Assembly: GCF_032444005.1 (NCBI RefSeq)
Contig: NC_091284.1
Span: forward strand, 133,548,001 to 133,612,000
Source of the DNA: Ranitomeya imitator
Lineage: Eukaryota
Length of the DNA: 64,000 nucleotides
Direction of reading: 5' to 3'
Below, in pieces: positions 25,614 to 37,773 of this stretch. The translations under genes were made by a program, and so were the position numbers. Position 1 is the stretch's first letter; each line of letters opens with the position of its first letter. Below the pieces are notes generated by a model. That model did not search any database, had not been told where the DNA came from, and worked only from the letters and a program-made list of their open reading frames with translations.

Positions 25614-26981
25614 GCACACGGTGCTCAGATACCTGGGCAGTCCTTAGGGCGCTTGTGCTCCCTCTTTATTCTCCTTATTAAAGGAGCAGTTCGCGCCATC
25701 CTAAAGAGTCCTGAGCCAATGGCTGGGAGACACTTACTATTTAAGGCACCGCCACCCGCATGGAGGTGCCTGCGTAACATTTTCAGTTGGTTTACCAACA
25801 CGCCTGCTAGTTCTCATGCCCCTGTCTGCTTGTTCCTGCTAGTTCATTTAGTGTCTGTCTGTCCTTAACCTCCGTGCCAGTATTTGGCTTGTCAGTCTGT
25901 ATTCCAGCCGCATCTGCCAGCACATGTGGTGCCCGTCTGTATATCAGAAGGACCAACCTGCACCTGCTGTGCCAGTTTGCATATTAACTGGACCTGCCTG
26001 CAGCTTATGTACCAGTCATTGCATTAGCTGGATCCACCTGTATCTGCCATTCCAGTATGTATATCAGCCGGACCTGCCTGTACCTGCCGTGCCAGTCTGT
26101 ATGTTAGCTGGACCTGCCTGCACCTGCCATGCCAGTCAGTACATTAGCCGCATCTGTCAAAACCCACCAGTACCAGTCAGTATATCCGCCATATCTGCCT
26201 GCACCTGCCGTGCCAGTCTGTATATAAGCCGGACGAGTCAAAACCTACCAGTGCCTATCTGTACACCAGCCATGCTCATCTACATCTGAAGTACCCATGT
26301 TCCTGCCATTCCAGCCTATATAAGCTGTAATCTCCTACTGAACCATTCTAGCTACTTGTCTATTAGGAGTCAGCTGCCATGCGTTGGAGGTCTATCCTGG
26401 AGTAACATCTGGTGTCCATCGAAAGCCAAGTCTAACCTCACCACCAGGGGCTCTAGTGAAGAGTCAGGTGCTCACATAGTCATGCCACTCCAGGCTCTCC
26501 TCGGACCATTGCATAGTTATTCCACTATTCCCATTACACCAAATATGTTTTTTGTTTGTTTTTGTTATTTTTTATGATGGGAAAAGAGATAATTATATTT
26601 TTTATGTTTTTAAATTATTTTTACAAACTTTTTTTTACTTTATTTTTTTTAGTCTCCTATGAGGAATTAAACCTGCAATCACCTGAATAATTTGCAATCA
26701 TAGTAAAGTATTGCAGTATATAGTGAAAATTACAGCTGAGCATCAGAGGAAGACCAAGATGGCAGAGGTGAGGGTTGATGGGACCCCGCACTGGCTATGA
26801 TGTAATTTAAGTGTGGAGGGAGCTCTGCTCCTGAGCCCCTTTCATTCACAGTCACTCCATTGCAGGACATACAGTTATATACGTATGCAAAAGAGGTTAA
26901 AGTCCATCCAGGTTTTCTAATGAGAAGATGAAGACAGATTGTAAAAGAAAATGTAGATAAAAAGAAAATTCAACCTCTTAC

Positions 26982-27075
26982 CCGGATATATTCCAGTTGT
27001 CTATATTGAAAGCGTCTACTGAGATTTGAAATTCTTGAAGACACAAATTTCCATATTAGGTAATTTGAAATAGTC
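26982..27075 (-). CDS. PHEX: PHEX coding exon, orthologous to human exon 10
   Basis: 94 bp, TTTTTCAG acceptor and GTAAG donor; [31 protein letters not shown] vs human [31 protein letters not shown]. Confidence 0.95.
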
Positions 27076-27724
27076 CTGAAAAAATAAAACATATATGTTA
27101 TATGTACTGTTAAAAAACGGCGCTGAGGACTAAGTACCCTTAACTGCAGCCGTTAAAAGGTGTATTAGCAAACGTTAAGGGGTTAAAAATCTTTTTAAGG
27201 GAAATGTTGCAAAATGTCATATAAATCTAGAAATGGTATAAACATAGGGATCCATAATATAAAGTTAAAATGTTAGTTATACCTTACAATGAATGGCATA
27301 AAAAATAGAGTTCTGGATTTTTTTCCTCTGCTTGCTTCACCCTCTCACCAAAAAATAAATAAAGGTTAATCAATTTATTAAGGTTATCAAAATAGGATCC
27401 AACTGAACATATAATTAAAAAAGTCCTCATAGTGACTGTGAGGAGCTGGCCATGGGATAAACATTATTGGACCCATGGACGAAGAGCGGAGTCCACAGCT
27501 CTAAGGGAGGCAGAGTTTTTCCAGCAAGGAGCATCGGTTATGTTGATCTTATTGTTGTGTTTTATTTGAGATTTCCTTGATCATTTGTTTAAGGTGCACA
27601 AATCTCTCCTGGAAAGTGTTCAGCCTTAAGAATCAATGTTTCTATTAAGTGACAGTACACCAAGAAAGAATATGCGGGCTGGATCTTATATATAAATAAG
27701 GCCAGACACAAAAATGATAATCAG

Positions 27725-30047
27725 TGGAGATGAGCAGACCCATGGATATTCCTTCACACCTATCCATTACTAATCCTATACTAATCCTACTATATAATTG
27801 TCTAAGGGTCACTTCCATCTTTCTGTCTGTCCTTCTGTCTGTCTGTCTTTCTTTCTGTCACGGAAATCCCAAGTCGCTGATTGGTCGCGGCAAACGGCCA
27901 TGACCAATCAGCGACGGGCACAGTCCGGCGGCAAAATGGCCGCTCCCTACTCCCCTGCAGTGAGTGCCCCCTCCATACTCCCCCCCAGTCAGTGCTCACA
28001 CAGGGTTAATGACTGCATTACACCACGTTATGCCGTGGTGTAACGCACTCCGTTAATGCTGCTATTAACCCTGTATGACTAACTTTTTACTATTGATGCT
28101 GCCTATGCAACATCAATAGTAAAAAGATCTAATGTTAAAAATCCAGCCAAGGCCTTTCCCGCCCCTCGCAACACTCCAGTGGCCGGTCCATGCATTGCGG
28201 TGTTGCGAGATGATGACGTAGCAGTCTCGCGAGACCACTACGTCATCATCTCGCGAGACAGCAATGCACTCTTAGGACCGGAGCGTCACGAGGAGCATCG
28301 GTAAATGCCTCGGCTGGATCCGGGGGCCAACGGAGGGTGAGTATATCACTGTTTTTAATTTTAGTAATTTTTTTTAACAGGGATATGGTGCCCACATTGC
28401 TATATACTGCATGGGCTGTGTTAGATACTACATGGGCTGTGTTATATACTACAACTCTGTGCTATATACTATATGGGCTGTGCTATATACTATGTGGCTG
28501 TGGTATATATTACGTGGCTGGGCAATATACTACATCGCTGTGCTCTATACTACGTGGCCTGTGTTATATACTGCATGGGCAGTGTTATATACTACGTCTC
28601 TGTGCTATATACTATGTGGCTGGGCAATATACTACGTGGCTGTGCTATATACTATGTGGCTGCTAGATACTTTGTGGCTGTGCTATATACTACATGGCTG
28701 TGCTACATACTACGTGGCTGAGTTATATACTATGCGGCTGTGCTATATACTTATACTACGGGGCTGTGCTATATACTACGTGGCTGCTATATACTATGTG
28801 GCTGTGCTATATACTACGTGGCTGTAAATTACATACATATTCTAGAATACCCGATGCGTTAGAATCGGGCCACCATCCAGTATTGTAAATAAACACACAG
28901 CCAGAATAAAGTCTCTTAATTTAAAGAATGACACAGACTCCATTAATGCTTCTAAATTAATCCATATTTAAGTCAACGCCTATTCCATTGAAGCCCTCAT
29001 CATTGTTTTTATTTTAGTTTTATTACAGGAGACAAGGGATTCAATTGAATGGGCGTTAGGTATAACTGAGTTTGTTATTTTTCAATAAAAAAGTAAAAGG
29101 GTGCTTTATTTTATTTCAAATAAAATACTTTCTTTTGGCTGTGTGCTTATTTACCATGAAACTATAGGATTAGTAATGGAGAGGTGTCTTATAGACACCT
29201 CTCCACTACTAATCCATGGGCTTGATGTCCCCTGACAATACAAAGGTGATATAAACCCCACAAATATTACCCAACTTTCTACCACTACAGGGCAAGTGGT
29301 AAGAGCTGGGCAAAGTGTCAGAATTGGTGCATTTAATAGATGTGCCATTTGTGGGCAGCTTCGGGCTGAAATTTTTAGGCTGGGAGGGTCAATGTCCATG
29401 GCCCCTTACCAGCCTGAGAATACTAACCCCTAGCTGTCTAGTTTAGCTTGGGTGGTTGTCAAAAATGGGGGTTCCCCATGCCGTTTGTTTTAATTATTTA
29501 AATAAATAATAAAAAAATATTAGAGTGGAGACCCCTTTATTTTTGATAACCAGCCTTCCTGAAGCTGACAGCTGAGGGTTGCAGCCCCCAGCTGTGAGTT
29601 TTGCCTGGCTGGTTATAAAAAATACAGGGGAACACAAGCAATTTTTTTTTAATTATTTATTTGCAGCACAGGTGCCGGATGATGAATACTCCCATCAGCT
29701 GCCACCTGGTCTGACTGTTTTTAGTGGCAGTGAGTGAAGGCTGATGGGAGCAGTAGTCCAATCAGCCAATGCCAGTTTCCCTCCGATCATAGCTGCAGGC
29801 TCATGCTGTCATTTGACAGCGTGGGAGCCACAGCTCTCTGACCGGCTGTAATGATTTTAGCGCCGTTCAGAAGCAGTGTTTGCCGAACTGTTATGCACAT
29901 GACAGCATGACAAATACCAGGTGTTCAGGAGCCCAACCCAAACAGTAGCATGGATTTCCTGGTGAAGTACGTGTTCGGTGTCCGTGCCCGAGCAGTAGGT
30001 GTTCGGTACAGACATCGAACTTTACTGTTCGGGTTTGCCCATCTCTA
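27725..30047. mobile_element. hAT-type non-autonomous element interrupted by a Helitron
   Basis: TGGAGATGAGCAGACC ... GGTTTGCCCATCTCTA TIRs; 8-bp TSD ATAATCAG/GTAATCAG (7/8). Confidence 0.7.
27785..28880 (+). mobile_element. Non-autonomous Helitron, second family, with TATATACTA/GGCTG minisatellite
   Basis: A|TCCTACTATATAATTGTCTAAGGG 5' end; 3' hairpin CCCGAT-N8-ATCGGG then CCAG|T (CTAG variant). Confidence 0.72.
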
Positions 30048-30299
30048 GTAATCAGGTAAAGCAATCCTTCCATTACTCTTGTTAGTGTCTCAGAAGCCTA
30101 AATTGAGCCATTGTTCCATATGAGACTGTACGTTGACTCTTGTTTGTTAATTTGTGGAATACCTGCTGATTACATATTGTAACAGTCCACTGCAGTTTAC
30201 TAATCTACACAATTTAGGACATATATGCAGATTAATTGAACAATAAAACAATGAAGGATTACCTCCCCCACCTTATGAGGAAGAGCCATATGTTGTACA

Positions 30300-30600
30300 A
30301 GGACAAGTGTCCTGGACTAGATTGGACACCTCAGCGACCATGAATCAGCATTTGCAGCCGGTCTGGGTAGAGGGCATGGAAGCTTTAGGACTCATTGATT
30401 CTGGAGCCTCAGTCACATTGATCAAAGAACATCTAGTACCAGACCAATGTACTGTTCCAACCAGCCATATGTTATTCAACATAGCCGGAGTAGAATCTCT
30501 GAACATTCGGAGGGCCAACTACATTTAGACTGGGGTTACCACAGGAGTAGTGCGGCTCCTATTGGTAGATGTGTTCCTGGGTAACAACCTAGAAGCAGGG
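30300..30600 (+). pseudogene. Degenerate retropepsin fragment of an LTR element
   Basis: VWVEGMEALGLIDSGASVTLIKEHLV contains the aspartic-protease DSG motif. Confidence 0.65.
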
Positions 30601-30894
30601 TTGGTGTGTCTCTGGGCCAATGTCATAATCTGAAGCCAAGGACCGGTCCTCACTGCGTCAGCCAAGAGGGAACAGAGCAATCTCAACATGCTGACTAACC
30701 CCCCTACAGTGGGAAGTAATACACAAAATATAATGCCTGTTACCATGAAGTAACATGACCTGGGGAAGGTAAATTACACCAGGGAGGAGGTCCAGTAACT
30801 TCTGGTCACTGGTCTTCGATCACCCTGATCTGCCTAGTCATTGTTTCCTCAGAACACCATTTACTAGGCTGCCAAGTGGCAATCTTCGTGGCTG

Positions 30895-31395
30895 GGGTCA
30901 GCACAATAGGGATGGGAGCATTTATTTGGGCAATTTACAGGCCTATGTGGGGGAGAAGGAGCTGGAGGAGTTGCTCTATTGGTATGGGCAGATCTGTACC
31001 ATTGAACTAAAGAATCGCTCGGGGGCAGCACTGCGCTGTTCGCCTAAATCAGGATCCGCGCAATACAAAGGACGCTGTGGTTGCAATGGATACTATTTTG
31101 GTTCTTATCGGGTACGTGTGGAGTTTCCCAAGTCAAACTGGGGATAAAGTGGAGGATTTGGAGGAGTCATTGTCTCAGGGCTTTCCCCATCGGGAAGTTG
31201 GCAGGATCTAAAAGATCATATGAGAGAAGACGGACATGTTTGCTATGCTGATGTACACAATGATGGAATGGGGATTGTGGAGTTTATTCACAAGGAAGAC
31301 ATGGAATAAGCTTTGAAGAAAGAGGATGATACAAAGTTTCATTCTCATGAAGGTGAAACCTCTTACATCCGTATCTATAGGGAAAGAAATGCTGA
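30895..31395 (+). pseudogene. Processed SRSF9-like (SRSF1/9 family) retrocopy
   Basis: Intronless [78 protein letters not shown]; premature stop and frameshifts. Confidence 0.88.
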
Positions 31396-31568
31396 TCAAC
31401 TGTCCGGATAAGTGAAGAAGGTGGATAGTCAATCTCATCAACTGGAGACCAGCAGTGAAAAAGTGGGGGAGGAGTGTGAGGAGCTGGCCAGGGACTAAAG
31501 ATTATTGAAACCATGGACGTAGAGGGGAGTCCACAGCTCTGAGTGATGTGAACTTTTTCCAGCAAGTA

Positions 31569-33220
31569 CAGTTAGGGCCAGAAATATTTGGACAGTGACA
31601 CAATTTTTGCGAGTTGGGCTCTGCATGCCACCACATTGGATTTGAAATGAAACCTCTACAACAGAATTCAAGTGCAGATTGTAACGTTTAATTTGAAGGG
31701 TTGCACAAAAATATCTGATAGAAAATGTAGGAATTGTACACATTACTTTACAAACACTCCACATTTTAGGAGGTCAAAAGTAATTGGACAAATAAACATA
31801 ACCCAAACAAAATATTTTTATTTTCAATATTTTGTTGCAAATCCTTTGGAGGCAATCACTGCCTTAAGTCTGGAACCCATGGACATCACCAAACGCTGGG
31901 TTTCCTCCTCCTTAATGCTTTGCCAGGCCTTTACAGCCGCAGCCTTCAGGTCTTGCTTGTTTGTGGGTCTTTCCGTCTTAAGTCTGGATTTGAGCAAGTA
32001 AAATGCATGCTCAATTGGGTTTAGATCTGGAGATTGACTTGGCCATTGCAGAATGTTCCACTTTTTGGCACTCATGAACTCCTGGGTAGCTTTGGCTGTA
32101 TGCTTGGGGTCATTGTCCATCTGTACTATGAAGCGCCATCCAATCAACTTTGCAGCATTTGGCTGAATTTGGGCTGAAAGTATATCCCGGTACACTTCAA
32201 AATTCATCCGGCTACTCTTGTCTGCTCTTATGTCATCAATAAACACAAGTGACCCAGTGCCATTGAAAGCCATGCATGCCCATGCCATCACGTTGCCTCC
32301 ACCATGTTTTACAGAGGATGTGGTGTGCCTTGGATCATGTGCCGTTCCCTTTCTTCTCCAAACTTTTTTCTTCCCATCATTCTGGTACAGGTTGATCTTT
32401 GTCTCATCTGTCCATAGAATACTTTTCCAGAACTGAGCTGGCTTCTTGAGGTGTTTTTCTGCAAATTTAACTCTGGCCTGTCTATTTTTGGTATTGATGA
32501 ATGGTTTGCATCTAGATGTGAACCCTTTGTATTTACTGTCATGGAGTCTTCTCTTTACTGTTGACTTAGAGACAGATACACCTACTTCACTGAGAGTGTT
32601 CTGGACTTCAGTTGATGTTGTGAACGGGTTCTTCTTCACCAAATTAAGTATGCGGCGATCATCCACCACTGTTGTCATCCGTGGACGCCCAGGCCTTTTT
32701 GAGTTCCCAAGCTCACCAGTCAATTCCTTTTTTCTCAGAATGTACCCAACTGTTGATTTTGCTACTCCAAGCATGTCTGCTATCTCTCTGATGGATTTTT
32801 TCTTTTTTTTCAGCCTCAGGATGTTCTGCTTCACCTCAATTGAGAGTTCCTTTGACCGCATGTTGTCTGCTCACAGCAACAGCTTCCAAATGCAAAACCA
32901 CACACCTGGAATCCACCCCTGACCTTTTAACTACTTCATTGATTACAGGTTAACGAGGGAGACGCCTTCAGAGTTAATTGCAGCCCTTAGAGTCCATTGT
33001 CCAATTACTTTTGGTCCCTTGAAAAAGAGGACGCTATACATTACAGAGCTATGATTCCTAAACCCTTTCTCCGATTTGGATGTGGAAACTATCATATTGC
33101 AGCTGGGAGTGTGCACTTTCAGCCCATATTATATATATAATTGTATTTCTGAACATGTTTTTGTAAACAGCTAAAATAACAAAATTTGTGTCACTGTCCA
33201 AATATTTCTGGCCCTAACTG
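31569..33220 (-). mobile_element. Full-length Tc1/mariner transposon copy 2, same family as copy 1
   Basis: TA TSD (31567-68, 33221-22); same TIR; intact ORF. Confidence 0.97.
31824..32861 (-). CDS. Tc1 DD34E transposase, 345 aa
   Basis: WTDETK / MDNDPKH / SPDLNPIE; 6 aa differences from copy 1. Confidence 0.95.
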   Translation of the reverse strand: MRSKELSIEVKQNILRLKKKKKSIREIADMLGVAKSTVGYILRKKELTGELGNSKRPGRPRMTTVVDDRRILNLVKKNPFTTSTEVQNTLSEVGVSVSKSTVKRRLHDSKYKGFTSRCKPFINTKNRQARVKFAEKHLKKPAQFWKSILWTDETKINLYQNDGKKKVWRRKGTAHDPRHTTSSVKHGGGNVMAWACMAFNGTGSLVFIDDIRADKSSRMNFEVYRDILSAQIQPNAAKLIGWRFIVQMDNDPKHTAKATQEFMSAKKWNILQWPSQSPDLNPIEHAFYLLKSRLKTERPTNKQDLKAAAVKAWQSIKEEETQRLVMSMGSRLKAVIASKGFATKY

Positions 33221-33567
33221 TAGCACCAGTTGCATCAATCTTATTGTTGTGTTTTATTAAAAAATTTCTTGCTCATCAGTTTAAAGTGCAGAAATCTCTC
33301 CTGGACAGTGTTCAGCCTCAGCAATCGATATTTTCATTCAGTGAGAGTAAACAGAGAAAAATGTGTGGGCTATAACGCCTAAGAGCTTCAATTTCACAGC
33401 CCACCTGTAAAATCATGAGTGGGATACATTTAGGCTGGAGAAGGCCAAAACACATTTTAAATAGAAAGCATCATCAGAAAATTACTTATTATTTAAATTA
33501 GATTTTTGTGTTATTATTTTTTTTCTTACTTTTGGTAATTTTCTTTTCATATCACAGTCTGTATTAA

Positions 33568-33895
33568 AGGGACTCTGTCACCTGAATTTGGCGGGACTGG
33601 TTTTGGGTCATATGGGCGGCGTTTTCGGGTGTTTGATTCACCCTTTAATTACCCGCTGGCTGCATGCTGGCTGCAATATTGGATTGAAGTTCATTCTCTG
33701 TCCTCCATAGTACATGCCTGCGCAAAGCAATCTTGCCTTGTGCAGGCGTGTACTATGGAGGACAGAGAATGAACTTCAATCCAATATTGCAGCCAGCATG
33801 CAGCCAGCGGGTATGGAAAGGGTGAATCAAACACCCGAAAACTCCGCCCATATGACCCAAAACCAGTCCCGCCAAATTCAGGTGACAGAGTCCCT
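33568..33895. mobile_element. T2/Kolobok-type palindromic MITE
   Basis: TTAA|AGGGACTCTGTCACCTGAATTTGGCGGGACTGG... with near-perfect inverted arms; TTAA TSD. Confidence 0.9.
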
Positions 33896-33899
33896 TTAA

Positions 33900-35007
33900 C
33901 CCTTTCTCGACATGCGCCGTATATGTATGGCACATGTTGTGTGTCCCCCTTTGATGTGGGCTTCGGCAATGAGCCCACATCCTTTCCGGCACATGTCAGC
34001 TGATTTCATCAGCTGACATATGCCCAAAAAAAGCCGTGGGTGGAACCATGATTCAATTGCGGCTGTTAATATGTTAAATGCCACTGTCAATTTTTGACAG
34101 GGGCATTTAATATGCACGCCACGGAAGCGTGTCACAAACCCTGCCCATCAACGCCCATGTCACATGATCTTGGGTCGCCGATGGGTTGGAATGACAACCC
34201 AGGGTCTTCAGTAGTCCCCTGTGGTTGCCATTCCCGGACACCTATATGCACCGCCCAGTGGCCTGCGCACATAACAGGTGATTAGTTTAGTTAGATAAAG
34301 CAGGGCACCCCCCATTCGTTCCATTCAAAATATAACAATTCATAAAAAATTTAAAATACACGTTTGGTACCGCTACATTAAGAATCGCAAAATCTATATA
34401 TAAAAAGAATAAATCTGATCAATAAAGCGCAACGAGGAAAAAAATCAAAATGCCAGAATTACGTTTTTTTGGCCGCAGCAACATTGCATTAAAATGCAAT
34501 AATGGGAGATCAAAAGATCATATGTACATGGTATCAATAAAAACATCAGCTCGGCACCGTAAAAATAAGCCCTCACCCAACCCAGATCCTGAAAAATGGA
34601 AACGCTAATGGTCTCGGAAAATGACACAACTTTTCTTTTTTTTTTTTTTTTTACAAACTTTAGATTTTTTTTCAGCACTGAAATAAAAGAGAACCTAGAC
34701 ATGTTTGATATTTACAAACTTGTAGATACCTGGAGAATCATAATGGTAGGTCAGTTGTAGAGAACATGGTAAAGAAATAAATTAAAAAAAATTCTGGAAT
34801 TGCACTTGGAATTTTTTTTCCCATTTTCCAGTACATTATATGGTAAAATCAATGGTGTAGTTCAAGAGTACGACTCGTTCCACAATAGGCAAGCCCTCAC
34901 ATGGCCATATTGATGGAAAAATAAAAAAAGTTAAAGATATGGCTCTGAGAAGAAGGTGAGCAAAACACAGAAATGCAAAAACAGAAAATGGCCCTGGCAT
35001 GAAGGGA
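33900..35007. mobile_element. piggyBac-like non-autonomous element
   Basis: Starts TTAA|CCCTTTC; body resembles 3880-4500; right end degenerate (GAAGGGATT). Confidence 0.6.
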
Positions 35008-35947
35008 TTGAAAACTAAAAAAGAATTCTTACAATTTTCACTCTGTCCACTGGGGTAGTTTTATATTTTAACTTCCTGTTGTTTCAGGAAACAACACTTG
35101 TGCATTTGCCACAATAAGCAGACTCTGAATTTTCTTTTGTATTGATGTATCAAATAATTGTGTGCAAATGTCATTGGGAAGGAGATCAGCATGCTATGAG
35201 TCCAAGTTTGGAGAATGCCCTCATAGAAATAGTCTTCTTTAACACCGATCCCCTGATGAACCCCGTGTCATTAGAGGGGGAAGCGCATTGGGAGGGACAT
35301 CAGAATATGAACAATAAGTACCTTATAGACATCATTTATATGTCTTTTATGGGCTATCAGTTATGACTTATGACCATGTTCCTGTGTTTTAATATGCATA
35401 CCTTAGGTTATATTTATACTGATTAACTGTTTAGGGGCATTGAGCATCTGTAAATTTGGACAAGTTTAAATATGCTAGTCTGGCAAATCTTAATACATAA
35501 ATTTCAGGGCATGTTCCTTTTTGTTTAACTGTCCTAGGCCATTGGGCTTGTGCAATATACCTCTATTGTTACCTAGGGACGACACTGGATCATAATCCAG
35601 ACACTATTCTGATTGTTCTTATCTATTTACGGTGGTGCTACTTCTTTGCAGGGAATAACAAAGTCATTCAGGGCGAGCCATTGTGGAGCGGGGGCACCAT
35701 ATCATTCTTTAGGATGCCAACCTATGCTTCAAGGTAGGTAAACCATTAAGCCAAACCTAGGGCAAGAATTCCTATTGCCCACATATGCGACCTACCCTGT
35801 TTTGACAATCCAGACACCGTTTTGGTCTGGTTGTATTTAATGCCACCTACAATATTTACTGTCTATCTGATGAGATGTATGTGAACTACTTACAATTGAG
35901 TAACCAATCAGATATGATTGACATATTTATTGTCTTTGACACAACTA

Positions 35948-37593
35948 CAGTTAGGTCCATATATATTTGGACAGAGACAACATTTTTCTAATTTTGGTTA
36001 TAGACATCACCACAATGAATTTTAAACAAAACAATTCAGATGCAGTTGAAGTTCAGACTTTCAGCTTTCATTTGAGGGTATCCACATTAAAATTCAATGA
36101 AGGGTTTAGGAGTTTCAGCTCCTTAACATGTGCCACCCTGTTTTTAAAGGGACCAAAAGTAATTGGACAGATTCAATAATTTTAAATAAAATGTTCATTT
36201 TTAGTACTTGGTTGAAAACCCTTTGTTGGCAATGACTGCCTGAAGTCTTGAACTCATGGACATCACCAGACGCTGTGTTTCCTCCTTTTTGATGCTCTGC
36301 CAAGCCTTCACTGCGGTGATTTTCAGTTGCTGTTTGTTTGTGGGCCTTTCTGTCTGAAGTTTAGTCTTTACCAAGTGAAATGCATGCTCAATTGGGTTGA
36401 GATGAGGTGATTGACTTGGCCATTGAAGAATATTCCACTTCCTTGCTTTAATAAACTCCTGGGTTGCTTTGGCTTTATGTTTTGGGTCATTGTCCATCTG
36501 TAGTATGAAACGACGACCAATCAGTTTTGCTGCATTTGGCTGGATACGAGCACAAAATATGCCTCTGAATACCTCAGAATTCATTCATATGCTTCTGTCC
36601 TATGTCACATCATCAATAAACATTAGTGACCCAGTGCCACTGGCAGCCATGCATGCCCAAGCCATCACACTGCCTCCGCCGTGTTTTACAGATGATGTGG
36701 TATGCTTTGGATCATGAGCTGTACCTCGCCTTCGCCATACTTTTCTCTTTCCATCATTCTGGTAGAGGTTGATCTTGGTTTCATCTGTCCAAAGAATGTT
36801 CTTCCAGAACTGTGCTGGCTTTTTTAGATGTTTTAGCAAAGTCCAGTCTAGCCTTTTTATTCTTGATGCTTATGAGTGGCTTGCACCGTGCAGTGAACCC
36901 TCTGTATTTACTTTCATGCAGTCTTCTCTTCATGGTAGATTTGGATATTGATACGCCGATCTCCTGGAGAGTGTTGGTCACTTGGTTGGCTGTTGTGAAG
37001 GGGTTTCTCTTCACCATGGAGATTAGTCTGCGATCATCAACCACTGTTGTCTTCCGTGGGTGCCCAGGTCTTTTTGCATTGATGAGTTCACCAGTGCTTT
37101 CTTTCTTTCTCAGGATGTACCAAACTGTAGATTTTGCCACTCCTAATATTGTAGCAATTTCTTGGATGGTTTTTTTCTGTTTTTGCAGCTTAAGGATGGC
37201 TTGTTTCACCCGCATGGAGAGCTCCTTTGACCGCATTTTAACTTCACAGCAAAACCTTCCAAATGCAGGCACCACACCTCAAATCAACTCCAGGCCTTTT
37301 ATCTGCTTAATTGAGAATGACATAACGAAGGGATTGCTCACACCTGTCCATGAAATAGCCTTGGAGTCAATTGTCCAATTACTTTTGGTCCCTTTAAAAA
37401 CAGGGTGGTACATGTTAAGGAGCTGAAACTCCTAAACCCTTCATCCAATTTTAATGTGGATACCCTCAAATGAAAACTGAAAGTCTGAACCTCAACTGCA
37501 TCTGAATTGTTTTGTTTAAAATTCATTGTGGTAATGTCTATAACCAAAATTGGAAAAATGTTGTCTCTGTCCAAATATATATGGACCTAACTG
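35948..37593 (-). mobile_element. Tc1 transposon with long (~220 bp) IR/DR-type TIRs and frameshifted transposase
   Basis: TA TSD; long inverted arms; transposase split across track ORFs 36781-37275, 36600-36839 and 36201-36584. Confidence 0.95.
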
Positions 37594-37773
37594 TATCTCC
37601 CCATACGTATTGTCATAATTTTTAAGACTACCATTTGGGTCACTTTTTTGTTACATATATCTGTTTGTGGGGGGCGTGGTTTGCAGGAGACAGGAGCAGA
37701 CATGTTTTTACATAGTTCCTAATATTCCCCCTATTTCAGCTACCTAAAGCATATTAAATTATGGAAAACTAGG

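Larger units (their letters stand above)
19511..26538. mobile_element. Solo LTR (~1.05 kb net) interrupted by Gypsy A
   Basis: TGTAGCG...ATTACA termini; 5-bp TSD CCAAA (19506-10, 26539-43); TATTTAA box; ~42-bp internal tandem repeats at 25880-26270. Confidence 0.8.
17420..26880 (-). mobile_element. Degenerate piggyBac-like non-autonomous element hosting nested LTR elements
   Basis: Reverse-oriented ~380-bp units (17550-18800) like those at 1870-2950; AT-rich body continues across the LTR insertion at CCAAA; boundaries approximate. Confidence 0.5.

Noticed and set aside
28337-28888. YYV/LYT-rich ORFs, also 58515-59237
   Set aside because: Minisatellite translations
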